Part shown: positions 1 through 11,269 of the stretch, piece after piece
Layout: each line of letters begins with the position of its first letter
Numbering within the stretch: position 1 is the first letter of the stretch
NCBI GenBank assembly: GCA_030141605.1
Contig: JAQGDQ010001801.1
Location: 1 to 24,973, forward strand
Reading direction: 5' to 3'
Source of the DNA: Tubiluchus corallicola
Taxonomy: Eukaryota; Animalia; Priapulida
Length of the DNA stretch: 24,973 nucleotides
The notes under the pieces: model-generated
Told to the model about the DNA's origin: nothing
The model's input: only the letters and a program-made list of their open reading frames with translations
Databases searched by the model: none
Position numbers and translations under genes: made by a program

Positions 1-321
1 ATGAAGTACAGCTTTCAGCATGTGGTGCCACTTTGAGTATCAGGTGCATGAGATATTTTGAGCATGAGCGGAGCACACTGAGCATCATCAGAAACCTACA
101 ATGTGAGTTGGTAAAAAAGCCAAATAAGAGCTCGTAATTTATACCAATATTTCATAATGATTTTACATAAATGTTTTTTTTGAAATAAAAATAATTCTAG
201 TTGAGACATGTTTTGTTGATGAATTAATATTGTCACAACTCACCAGAAAAGTCGTCTGCACGTGTGAATATTATTTTTATAAGATTGGTACTTATATAAA
301 TTTCTTTCTTTCTTTTGACAG

Positions 322-733
322 AACCTGCAGAGACTTGTACTTCCTGGAAGAAATGTGAGATTTTGATTTGTCATTATTTTTGAAAGTTGTTTTTTATCTA
401 ATCATTTTAGCGCTTAACAATGCTGGATTATTTGGGTATCTATTAAATTGAAGATCAATCATGATTGCAGTGGTAGGGTTGGCTGTATTGGATGTGTGAT
501 TTAAAGTCTCTAGTTCGAATCCAAGACTGGTTATGTTTTGTTTTTGTAATAGTGGATTTTTTTACTAACAATAGCTAGTGTAGCTCTGAAAACATTATGT
601 TATGTAATTCGAAATGTGAGACATGATTTTTACTATTATCTAACTAATTTTAAAATAGTTAAACTAATTTTTGCTCTTGTTTTTATAGCAGCAGACACAG
701 CCGGTCGCGTAAGCCTAAACTTTGCGCATGGAG
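322..733 (+). pseudogene. Inverted duplicate of two cytoplasmic exons (322-354 and 689-733); paralog or pseudogene 3' end without its own terminal exon
   Basis: Exact mirror of exons 3538-3570 and 3159-3203 with intact splice sites. Upstream exons would lie left of the window. Confidence 0.55.
461..530 (+). mobile_element. Degenerate tRNA-derived SINE-like head (mirror copy at about 3362-3431, minus strand)
   Basis: B-box GTTCGAATCC at 513-522 with an A-box-like TGCAGTGGTAGG about 45 bp upstream. No cloverleaf is evident. Confidence 0.35.
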
Positions 734-905
734 GTAAGAATGAGTCTCTTTTATTGCAGTAATAATTTTGCTAGGTGGCAGCATAGGTTATTTAAACACT
801 CTTATATGTTGCCTCCTCGAGTGAGGGAAATCCTAGTTTTAAACTGCCCATTATTTTGTTATTTTTTTAATTTTGATTAAGTATTGCCTGCTTAGCAAAG
901 TGCTT

Positions 906-2201
906 TGCTAGCCATCAGCACCACCTGGTGTTCACAACATTCAGTATGCTAGCCATCAGCACCACATGGTGTTCACAACATTCAGTATGCTAGCCATCAG
1001 CACCACCTAGTCTTCACAACATTCAGTATGCTAGCCATCAGCACCACATGGTGTTCACAACATTCAGTATGCTAGCCATCAGCACCACCTGGTGTTCACA
1101 ACATTCAGTATGCTAGCCATCAGCACCACCTGGTGTTCACAACATTCAGTATGCTAGCCATCAGCACCACATGGTGTTCACAACATTCAGTATGCTAGCC
1201 ATCAGCACCACCTGGTGTTCACAACATTCAGTATGCTAGCCATCAGCACCACCTGGTGTTCACAACATTCAGTATGCTAGCCATCAGCACCACCTGGTGT
1301 TCACAACATTCAGTATGCTAGCCATCAGCACCACATGGTGTTCACAACATTCAGTATGCTAGCCATCAGCACCACCTGGTGTTCACAACATTCAGTATGC
1401 TAGCCATCAGCACCACCTAGTGTTCACAACATTCAGTATGCTAGCCATCAGCACCACCTAGTGTTCACAACATTCAGTATGCTAGCCATCAGCACCACAT
1501 GGTGTTCACAACATTCAGTATGCTAGCCATCAGCACCACCTAGTGTTCACAACATTCAGTATGCTAGCCATCAGCACCACATGGTGTTCACAACATTCAG
1601 TATGCTAGCCATCAGCACCACCTAGTGTTCACAACATTCAGTATGCTAGCCATCAGCACCACCTGGTGTTCACAACATTCAGTATGCTAGCCATCAGCAC
1701 CACCTAGTGTTCACAACATTCAGTATGCTAGCCATCAGCACCACCTAGTGTTCACAACATTCAGTATGCTAGCCATCAGCACCACCTGGTGTTCACAACA
1801 TTCAGTATGCTAGCCATCAGCACCACCTAGTGTTCACAACATTCAGTATGCTAGCCATCAGCACCACCTGGTGTTCACAACATTCAGTATGCTAGCCATC
1901 AGCACCACCTGGTGTTCACAACATTCAGTATGCTAGCCATCAGCACCACATGGTGTTCACAACGTTCAGTATGCTAGCCATCAGCACCATCTGGTGTTCA
2001 CAACATTCAGTATGCTAGCCATCAGCACCACCTAGTGTTCACAACATTCAGTATGCTAACCATCAGCACCACCTGGTGTTCACAACATTCAGTATGCTAG
2101 CCATCAGCACCACATGGTGTTCACAACGTTCAGTATGCTAGCCATCAGCACCATCTGGTGTTCACAACATTCAGTATGCTAGCCATCAGCACCACCTGGT
2201 G
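906..2201 (+). repeat. 41-bp minisatellite, about 31 copies
   Basis: Unit TGCTAGCCATCAGCACCAC[CTG/ATG/CTA]GTGTTCACAACATTCAGTA, period 41 (907, 948, 989). Confidence 0.97.
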
Positions 2202-2263
2202 GTTTGTGCATGGAAATCTTGATTTGCAAAAGAAAAGACTTGTGACCGAACTTCAAACAATCT

Positions 2264-2363
2264 TTTATTGTCTTGGAACAAAGAGCACAAACATGGTGTC
2301 AATATCAACACGACCGTAAAATATTTGAAATATTTCAGTAATATTTGCCATACTAATTTTATT
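2264..2363 (-). promoter_or_regulatory. Candidate polyadenylation signals (AATAAA at 2363-2358 and 2269-2264)
   Basis: Two AATAAA hexamers just downstream of the predicted stop codon. Such hexamers are common in AT-rich DNA. Confidence 0.4.
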
Positions 2364-2388
2364 GATTGGTGGCAAATTGTGACTGACG

Positions 2389-2435
2389 TCAAATGCAAAG
2401 CATACTTGAAATATTTATGCACTGTTTAGAACTCT
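2389..2435 (-). CDS. Ig-superfamily receptor, putative terminal coding exon (ESSKQCINISSMLCI*)
   Basis: Acceptor cttccttcatttcaaatgttcgcctctAG| at 2437-2436, phase-1 frame ending at TGA 2391-2389, followed by two AATAAA. Summed exons give 1407 nt = 468 aa plus stop. Confidence 0.55.
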
Positions 2436-2463
2436 CTAGAGGCGAACATTTGAAATGAAGGAA

Positions 2464-2972
2464 GGTGCTGATGGCTAGCATACTGAATGTTGTGAACACC
2501 AGGTGGTGCTGATGGCTAGCATATTGAATGTTCTGAACACCATGTGGTCCTGATGGCTAGCATACTGAATGTTGTGAACACCAGGTGGTGCTGATGGCTA
2601 GCATACTGAATGTTGTGAACACCAGGTGGTGCTGATGGCTAGCATACTGAATGTTGTGAACACCAGGTGGTGCTGATGGCTAGCATACTGAATGTTGTGA
2701 ACACCATGTGGTGCTGATGGCTAGCATACTGAATGTTGTGAACACCATGTGGTGCTGATGGCTAGCATACTGAATGTTGTGAACACCAGGTGGTGCTGAT
2801 GGCTAGCATACTGAATGTTGTGAACACCATGTGGTGCTGATGGCTAGCATACTGAATGTTGTGAACACTAAGTGGTGCTGATGGCTAGCATACTGAATGT
2901 TGTGAACACCAGGTGGTGCTGATGGCTAGCATACTGAATGTTCTGAACACCAGGTGGTGCTGATGGCTAGCA
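2464..2972 (-). repeat. Same 41-bp minisatellite inverted, about 12 copies
   Basis: Reverse-complement units, period 41. Confidence 0.97.
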
Positions 2973-3158
2973 AAGCACTTTGCTAAACATAAAATAGCAG
3001 GCAATACTTAATCAAAATTAAAAAAAAAAATAACAAAATAATGGGCAGTTTAAAACTAGGATTTCCTTCACTCGAGGAGGCAACATATAAGAGTGTTTAA
3101 ATAACCTATGCTGCCACCTAGCAAAATTATTACTGCAATAAAAGAGACTCATTCTTAC

Positions 3159-3203
3159 CTCCATGCGCAAAGTTTAGGCTTACGCGACCGGCTGTGTCTG
3201 CTG
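3159..3203 (-). CDS. Ig-superfamily receptor, cytoplasmic mini-exon (SADTAGRVSLNFAHG)
   Basis: Acceptor ttgctcttgtttttatAG|, donor GAG|GTAAGA. 45 nt, phase 1-1, no stop. Confidence 0.72.
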
Positions 3204-3537
3204 CTATAAAAACAAGAGCAAAAATTAGTTTAACTATTTTAAAATTAGTTAGATAATAGTAAAAATCATGTCTCACATTTCGAATTACCTAACATAATGT
3301 TTTCAGAGCTACACTAGCTATTGTTAGTAAAAAAATCCACTATTACAAAAACAAAACATAACCAGTCTTGGATTCGAACTAGAGACTTTAAATCACACAT
3401 CCAATACAGCCAACCCTACCACTGCAATCATGATTGATCTTCAATTTAATAGATACCCAAATAATCCAGCATTGTTAAGCGCTAAAATGATTAGATAAAA
3501 AACAACTTTCAAAAATAATGACAAATCAAAATCTCAC

Positions 3538-3570
3538 ATTTCTTCCAGGAAGTACAAGTCTCTGCAGGTT
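3538..3570 (-). CDS. Ig-superfamily receptor, cytoplasmic mini-exon (KPAETCTSWKK)
   Basis: Strong pyrimidine tract tttctttctttcttttgacAG|, donor T|GTGAGA. 33 nt, phase 1-1, no stop. Confidence 0.7.
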
Positions 3571-3857
3571 CTGTCAAAAGAAAGAAAGAAATTTATATAA
3601 GTACCAATCTTATAAAAATAATATTCACACGTGCAGACGACTTTTCTGGTGAGTTGTGACAATATTAATTCATCAACAAAACATGTCTCAACTAGAATTA
3701 TTTTTATTTCAAAAAAAACATTTATGTAAAATCATTATGAAATATTGGTATAAATTACGAGCTCTTATTTGGCTTTTTTACCAACTCACATTGTAGGTTT
3801 CTGATGATGCTCAGTGTGCTCCGCTCATGCTCAAAATATCTCATGCACCTGATACTC

Positions 3858-4658
3858 AAAGTGGCACCACATGCTGAAAGCTGTACTTCATGTTAAAAGT
3901 GGCACCTCATGCTGAAAGCTGTACTTCATGTTAAAAGTGACACCTCATGCTGAAAGCTGTACCGCATGTTAAAAGTGGCACCTCATGCTGAAAGCTGTAC
4001 CTCTTGTTAAAAGTGGCACCACATGCTGAAAGCTGTACCTCATTTTAAAAGTGGCACCACATGCTGAAAGCTCTACCTCATGTTAAAAGTGACACCACAT
4101 GCTGAAAGCTGTACTTCGTATTAAAAGTGGCACCTCATGCTGAAAGCTGTACTTCGTGTTAAAAGTGGCACCACATGCTGAAAGCTCTACCTCATGTTAA
4201 AAGTGGCACCACGTGCTGAAAGCTCTACCTCATGTTAAACGTGGCACCACATGCTCAAAGTGGCACCTCATGCTGAAAGCTGTACTACGTGTTAAAAGTG
4301 GCACCTCATGCTGAAAGCTGTACCTCATGTTAAAAGTGGCACCACATGCTGAAAGCTAAACCTCATGTTAAAAGTGGCACCTCATGCTGAAAGCTGTACC
4401 TCATGTTAAAAGCGGCACCACATGCTGAAAGCTAAACCTCATGTTAAAAGTGGCACCTCATGCTGAAAGCTGTACCTCATGTTAAAAGCGGCACCACATG
4501 CTGAAAGCTAAACCTCATGTTAAAAGTGGCACCTCATGCTGAAAGCTGTACCTCATGTTAAAAGTGGCACTTCATGCTGAAAGCTGTACTTCATGTTAAA
4601 ATTGGCACCATATGCCGAAAGCTGTACCTCATGTAAAAAGCGGCACCTCATGCTCAAA
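3858..4658. repeat. 38-bp minisatellite (dimer of two related 19-mers), about 21 copies
   Basis: AAAGTGGCACCTCATGCTG + AAAGCTGTACCTCATGTTA, period 38 (3861, 3899, 3937). Confidence 0.95.
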
Positions 4659-4669
4659 ATTACACTTAC

Positions 4670-4792
4670 TGTCACTGGAAAACCATTGCTTTGTTGTGTA
4701 TGCAAACAAGACAAATCCAGCAACAATGATAGCAGCTAACAATGCAGCTATAGAACCAGATACTGCCAAGATTGGTTTAATGAGGGCTAATT
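4670..4792 (-). CDS. Ig-superfamily receptor, transmembrane exon
   Basis: Long T-rich tract then AG| at 4794-4793, donor A|GTAAGT at 4669. 123 nt, phase 1-1, encodes ELALIKPILAVSGSIAALLAAIIVAGFVLFAYTTKQWFSSD. Confidence 0.88.
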
Positions 4793-4833
4793 CTATTAAT
4801 ACAAAACAAAACAAAGCAAAACTTATGTGACTG

Positions 4834-5281
4834 TCTTTAGAATAAGCCACAAACAACTGTGCAACAATTACTCAATAATACTGTGAGAATCTTTAGAATA
4901 AGCCACAAGCAACTGTGCAACAATTACTCAATAATACTGTGAGAATCTTTAGAATAAGCCACAAGCAACTGTGCAACAATTACTCAATAATACTGTGAGA
5001 ATCTTTAGAATAAGCTACAAGCAACTGTGCAACAATTACTCAATAATACTGTGAGAATCTTTAGAATAAGCCACAGACAACTGTGCAACAATTACTCAAT
5101 AATACTGTGAGAATCTTTAGAATAAGCCACAAGCAACTGTGTAAGAATCACTCAATAATACTGTGAGAATCTTTAGAATGAGCTACAAGCAACTGTGCAA
5201 CAATTACTCAATAATACTGTGAGAATCTTTAGAATGAGCCACAAGCAACTGTGCAACAATTACTCAATAATACTGTGAGAA
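4834..5281. repeat. 56-bp minisatellite, 8 copies
   Basis: CTTTAGAATAAGCCACAAGCAACTGTGCAACAATTACTCAATAATACTGTGAGAAT at 4835, 4891, 4947 and onward. Confidence 0.95.
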
Positions 5282-5312
5282 AATCTTGAAGAAAGTAGTT
5301 ACTGACCAGCAC

Positions 5313-6535
5313 AAGTATTTACCTATCAATAACTTACATCATCCTACACAATACAGTACTGTAAACATACTCTGGGTTCGGCATGATCGTATAGTAAGTA
5401 TTTACCTATCAATAACTTACATCATCGTACACAATACAGTACTATAAATATACTCTAGCTTCGGCATGATCGTATAGTAAGTACTTACCTATCAATAACT
5501 CTCATCATCCTACACAATACAGTACTGTAAACATACTCTGGCTTCGGCATGATCGTATAGTAAGTATTTACCTATCAATAACTTACATCATCCTACTCAA
5601 TGCAGTACTATAAATATACTCTAGCTTCGGCATAATCGTATAGTAAGTATTTACCTATCAATAACTCTCATCATCCTACTCAATACAGTACTGTAAACAT
5701 ACTCTGGCTTCGGCATGATCGTATAGTAAGTATTTACCTATCAATAACTTACATCATCCTACGCAATACAGTACTGTAAACATAATCTGGCTTCGGCATG
5801 ATTATATAGTAAGTATTTACCTATCAATAACTTACATCATCCTACTCAATACAGTACTGTAAACATAATCTGGCTTCGGCATGATTATATAGTAAGTATT
5901 TACCTATCAATAACTTACATCATCCTACTCAATGCAGTACTATAAATATACTCTAGCTTCGGCATGATCGTATAGTAAGTACTTACCTATCAATAACTCT
6001 CATCATCCTACTCAATACAGTACTGTAAACATACTCTGGCTTCGGCATGATAATATAGTAAGTATTTACCTATCAATAACTTACATCATCCTACGCAATA
6101 CAGTACTGTAAACATAATCTGGCTTCGGCATGATTATATAGTAAGTATTTACCTATCAATAACTTACATCATCCTACTCAATACAGTACTGTAAACATAA
6201 TCTGGCTTCGGCATGATTATATAGTAAGTATTTACCTATCAATAACTTACATCATCCTACTCAATGCAGTACTATAAATATACTCTAGCTTCGGCATGAT
6301 CGTATAGTAAGTATTTACCTATCAATAACTCTCATCATCCTACTCAATACAGTACTGTAAACATACTCTGGCTTCGGCATGATCGTATAGTAAGTATTTA
6401 CCTATCAATAACTTACATCATCCTACACAATACAGTACTGTAAACATACTCTAGCTTCGGCGTGATCGTATAGTAAGTATTTACCTATCAATAACTTACA
6501 TCATCCTACACAATACAGTACTGTAAACATACTCT
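5313..6535. repeat. 83-bp minisatellite, about 15 copies
   Basis: GTAAGTA recurs at 5394, 5477, 5560 and onward (period 83). Confidence 0.95.
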
Positions 6536-6742
6536 TACCTGGTAACTTTCAATTCTTACTGAGATCAAACAAAAACATTCAACAAATTCCTCTTTTCTAT
6601 ATCTAAATCTCAGCGAAAATAAGTAAAAATATTCAGTCATTCGTTAGCCTAGCATAAAAAAGGTGAACACTGCAATACAAATAAAAGCTTAAAAGTGATT
6701 TGCGTTGCATCAGAGTAGATGCCCGTTTAAAAGAATACTTAC

Positions 6743-7114
6743 CAATTCTTCTAGCACCACGATCCACCTCCACAAGCACTCGGAATTTTTTCATAGCGTT
6801 AAGATTCTTTACAACAAGCCAGTAAGTTCCCGTGTCTCTTTCTCTTGCTGAAACAATGAGAAGTGTTGCGGCATAGCATAGCTCCTCTTTACCACTGCTG
6901 CTGTTCTGAGAGAACACGTAGCGGATGCTGCCAATTATACGACCCTCAAAGTCCATCCGAGAAGTCGTGGGCGTCAGAGTAATCTTCCCGTCTGTCCACT
7001 CCCACCGAACCTCGGTAAACAGTGTCAATGAGCAGAAGTAGGTGGTGACATTGAGTTTGCTGTAAGCAGGTGTATGAAAAGCTGTCTGGCTTCCTGGCAT
7101 TAATTCTGGTTCTT
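6743..7114 (-). CDS. Ig-superfamily receptor, exon for Ig-like domain 3
   Basis: Acceptor tttgcAG| at 7116-7115, donor G|GTAAGT at 6742. 372 nt, phase 1-1: YFCSL..RWEW..LCYAATLLI..DTGTYWLVVKN. Confidence 0.9.
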
Positions 7115-7225
7115 CTGCAAACGTCACAAACTTACAATGTTTTATAAGATGAATATCATCATTTTCATGTTTCTTTGCTCAGTAGCTTGGAACTTTTCAA
7201 ACAACTCTACAATTGAACTTTATCC

Positions 7226-7599
7226 TTGTAACATTTGTAACATTGTTAATCTGTAACATAGTGTGACATAGTTGTAACATTGTTAATCTGTAACATAGTT
7301 GTAACATTTGTAACATTGTTAATCTGTGACATAGTTGTAAAATTGTTAATCTGTAACATAGTTGTAACATTTGTAACATTGTGAATCTGTAACATAGTTG
7401 TAACATTGTTAATCTGTAACATAGTTGTAACACTTGTAACATTGTTAATCTGTAACATAGTTGTAACATTTGTAACATTGTTAATCTGTAACATAGTTGT
7501 AACATTTGTAACATTGTTGATCTGTAACATAGTTGTAACATTTGTAACATTGTTGATCTGTAACATAGTTGTAACATTTGTAACAAATGTGTAACATTT
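7226..7599. repeat. TGTAACA-based compound tandem repeat (36-bp and 27-bp units)
   Basis: CATAGTTGTAACATTTGTAACATTGTTAATCTGTAA repeats, which explain the 12-aa periodic ORFs. Confidence 0.93.
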
Positions 7600-8212
7600 A
7601 GTGAGAAAGAGAAGGCATCCCGTATTACACAATCATCTGATGAAAATGATCAATAATTTATCACTTTTTAATTCAGTATTGCTTTTGTAAGTTTATCACA
7701 CCTGCATTGATGAGTGCCGGTGATCGTTTCGACTACAACTGTCATCATCAACGCTTGAAATCAAGTGAAAAAATCAATACATTTACAGCACATTAACGCA
7801 CAAAATACAGATACAAACACAAAAAAGTGAAATTTAAATTATCAAAAACTAGTGGAAATAACTGGAAAGAGTTTCATACGAAAATGTAAGAAATTGTACC
7901 TCACACAAGAGGCAACGACCACAACTCCAGCAAACAATTCAACATACAATAATATTACAAAGTGCAAAAGTAATTATTGATTGGTGGTGAAAGGGTGGCG
8001 AAAGAACTATAAGTTATCGAGGTCAGCCACCCTCTCAGGATTGTTACTAATATAATTAACTTGTTAATGCGCATGTACCAGGTAATTAAAAATTATCAGA
8101 TTTTGCATTTAAGATGAATGAAAATTGAATTATTATACAAATGTGTTAGTTTATAATAAAATAATGTTCAATAATGGGAAAGAAGGACACACGTGACCAT
8201 CTTTAAATATCA

Positions 8213-8677
8213 CCGTATTTTCCCATGTATAAGAGACCCTTTTTGGCTCAGAATTTTCACTTTAAAAATAGGGGGTCTCTTATACATGGGAGTAAGTCTC
8301 CGACTCCAATCTGACACCAACTAGCAAGGTAAGAAAGCCAACCCTTGGAGAAGTCTGCAGCTGGGTCCTCAAGGCATGGAATGGTGTAAAGCCAGAGGTC
8401 ATTATTAAATCTTTCAAGAAGTGTGGCATCTCCAATGCCATGGACGGCACAGAGGACAATGCCATTTTTGAGCAGAGTGACTCCTCTGATGATGAACTGG
8501 CTCGAATTGCTGAAGGTCTGACTCCAGTTGATATTTTTGATGAGAGTGATGAGGAATTTAATGATTTCTATGATGAATAAAGTTATTCATTACCAAAAAA
8601 CTTTTTTCCAGAATTTTTGCCTAAAAATTGAAGGGGTCTCTTATACACAAGGGTCTCTTATACATGGGAAAATACGG
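8213..8677 (+). mobile_element. Non-autonomous pogo/Tigger-like DNA transposon, copy 1 (465 bp)
   Basis: 27-bp TIRs CCGTATTTTCCCATGTATAAGAGACCC, flanks CA/TA. Internal transposase C-terminal remnant KPTLGEVCSWVLKAWNGVKPEVIIKSFKKCGISNAMDGTED plus acidic tail. Confidence 0.9.
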
Positions 8678-9109
8678 TAATTTAACCATTACATATTTAA
8701 AATTAATGTTATGAGGACCTAGAGCCAAAGGAAGAAAAAATTAATTTTCCGCTTGCAGCTAGCAAAAGTGGATAAACATGTAAGTTTAGTTATGAAAAAA
8801 AGAGTTGAAAGAAAAGTATCTTAAAATTCTTTAGGATTAGCGTCCATTATTGCAACATCTACATAATGGGAGAAACTTGTTATGACAGTAATGAGTATTA
8901 AGAGAATGAATTGGTTGTTGAGTCATAAATGTATTGAATATTGATTTTGGTTTGATTTCTAACATTGATAATAACAGATATTGTTGTAATGATTATCTGC
9001 AGTTTGTACACGCCATAGGAACTGATTCTTTCATATATTTAAGAAGCTAGAGCAGCGGAACATTGAAAACAAACACTTGTGGCAGGAACGGTACCTAATC
9101 ATTACATAC

Positions 9110-9457
9110 CTGACTCAGCCACTAAAAGACCGACTGTAAGGTTCTTTTCACCATCCCCGTTTGCCACTGATAATGAGTAGTTCCCCGAGTCAGTGAGCTC
9201 TGATGAGCTAATCGATAACGTTGCACTGTAGCAATCATTTGCAGTGCTGTTAGTCACAATGCTCGCTGCAATGCGATCCTCAAATGACCCCTGTGTTTTC
9301 GAGTGTGTGAGGTTTATCTGACCGTTGGACCATGTCCATCTGGCTTGTATATACTCGGGTAGCGAACAGAAGTAAAGAGTCAAAATAATGCTTTCACCAA
9401 CGTAACATTTGTATTCTGTTTTAGTATCCCGCCAAACTCTTATCGTGTTACTTCCTG
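9110..9457 (-). CDS. Ig-superfamily receptor, exon for Ig-like domain 2
   Basis: NAGNAG acceptor tttttCAG|CAG (start 9457 or 9454), donor G|GTATGT at 9109. 348 nt, phase 1-1: GESIILTLYFCSLP..RWTW..DCYSATLSI..DSGNYSLSVAN. Confidence 0.9.
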
Positions 9458-9836
9458 CTGAAAAATACGAATCAATACTTTTTGCTATTGATCAACATAT
9501 TTAAATATTGGTCAAGGGCAGGACTACAACTTTTTGGAAGCCCTTAGGTTAATGAAATTACAGAGCCCCCTTAGATGGAGCTACCCTTTAATTCGCACGA
9601 ACACGTCTCAAGTATTTCTTTTACTCTTGACATATTTTAGCGACAATTACATAGCTTGAAGGAAGACCATTGCAAGTTTTATAAATAAACTGGAATAATT
9701 ATGTTTTTATGTCAATAAAAATGTTGTTTAAGAAATGGCACCATTTTAGTAATTAGTGCAATAAATTGTTGCAGTATCAAATTAGTATGAATTTTAACAC
9801 AGCTGTAGTGAAAAAGAGACTTTACACTAACTTACA

Positions 9837-11269
9837 CTATGCTTGCACGTGTGTTTCTATGCTTGCATGTGTGTCTCTATGCTTGCCTGTGTGTTTCTAT
9901 ACTTGCATGTGTTTCTATGCTTGCATGTGTGTTTCTATGCTTGCATGTGTGTCTCTATGCTTGCATGTGTGTTTCTATGCTTGCACGTGTGTCTCTGTGC
10001 TTGCATGTGTGTTTCTATGTTTGCATGTGTGTCTCTGTGCTTGCACGTGTGTCTCTACGCTTGCCTGTGTGTTTCTATGCTTGCATGTGTGTCTCTATGC
10101 TTGCATGTGTGTCTCTATGCTTGCATGTGTGTCTCTGTGCTTGCATTTGTGTTTCTATGCTTGCATGTGTGTCTCTGTGCTTGCACATGTGTCTCTATGC
10201 TTGCACGTGTGTCTCTATGCTTGCATGTGTTTCTATGCATGCATGTGTGTCTCTGTGCTTGCACATGTGTCTCTATGCTTGCACGTGTGTCTCTGTGCTT
10301 GCACATGTGTCTCTATGCTTGCACGTGTGTTTCTATGCTTGCATGTGTGTCTCTGTGCTTGCACGTGTGTTTCTATGCTTGCATGTGTGTCTCTATGCTT
10401 GCCTGTGTGTTTCTATGCTTGCATGTGTGTCTCTATGCTTGCATGTGTGTTTCTATGCTTGCATGTGTGTCTCTATGCTTGCATGTGTGTCTCTGTGCTT
10501 GCATTTGTGTTTCTATGCTTGCATGTGTGTCTCTGTGCTTGCACATGTGTCTCTATGCTTGCACGTGTGTCTCTATGCTTGCATGTGTTTCTATGCATGC
10601 ATGTGTGTCTCTGTGCTTGCACATGTGTCTCTATGCTTGCAGTGTGTTCTTGCTTCACTGTGTCTCTATGCTTGCATGTTCTATGCTTGCATGTGTGTCT
10701 CTATGCTTGCAGTGTGTTTCTATGCTTGCATGTGTCTCTATGCTTGCATGTGTGTTTCTATGCATGCACGTGTGTCCCTATGCTTGCATGTGTGTCCCTA
10801 TACTTGCATGTGTGTCTCTATGCTTGCATGTGTGTTTCTATGCTTGCATGTGTGTTTCTATGCTTGCATGTGTGTTTCTATGCTTGCATGTGTGTTTCTA
10901 TGCTTGCATGTGTGTTTCTATGCTTGCATGTGTGTCCCTATGCTTGTATGTGTGTTTCTATGCTTGCATGTGTGTTTCTATGCTTGCATGTGTGTTTCTA
11001 TGCTTGCATGTGTGTTTCTATGTTTGCATGTGTGTTTCTATGCTTGCATGTGTGTTTCTATGCTCGCATGTGTGTCTCTATGCTTGCACGTGTGTTTCTA
11101 TGCTTGCAAGTGTGTTTCTATGCTTGCATGTGTCCCTATGCTTGCATGTGTGTTTCTATGCTTGCATGTGTGTTTCTATGCTTGCATGTGTGTTTCTATG
11201 CTTGCATTTGTGTCTTTATGCTTGCATGTGTGTTTCTATGCTCGCATGTGTGTTTCTATGCTTGCATGT
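9837..11269. repeat. 20-bp minisatellite, about 70 copies
   Basis: CTATGCTTGCATGTGTGT[T/C]T units, stop-free in all + frames. Confidence 0.97.

Larger units (their letters stand above)
1..2201 (+). repeat. Left arm of large inverted duplication (probably extends beyond the window start)
   Basis: Reverse complement of 2464-3891 (position n pairs with 3892-n over the first ~860 bp), with few differences apart from satellite copy number. Confidence 0.97.
2464..3891 (-). repeat. Right arm of large inverted duplication
   Basis: Mirror of 1-2201, carrying the gene's cytoplasmic exons. Confidence 0.97.

Noticed and set aside
461-530. tRNA gene
   Set aside because: A B-box is present but acceptor and anticodon stems are not evident. 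Treated as a SINE-like relic.
906-2972. CRISPR-like array
   Set aside because: Units are contiguous with no unique spacers, there are no cas genes, and the context is a eukaryotic intron.
3790-3873. Possible 84-nt extra tail exon (donor T|GTGAGT; mirror at 19-102)
   Set aside because: The acceptor is just a satellite-unit CTTTCAG, and joining to the next exon creates T|AA stop. It could be a minor truncating isoform but is unsupported.
7197-7632. Periodic ORFs (MLQ / NNVT mucin-like)
   Set aside because: Tandem-repeat artefacts open in several frames on both strands, with no convincing splice boundaries.
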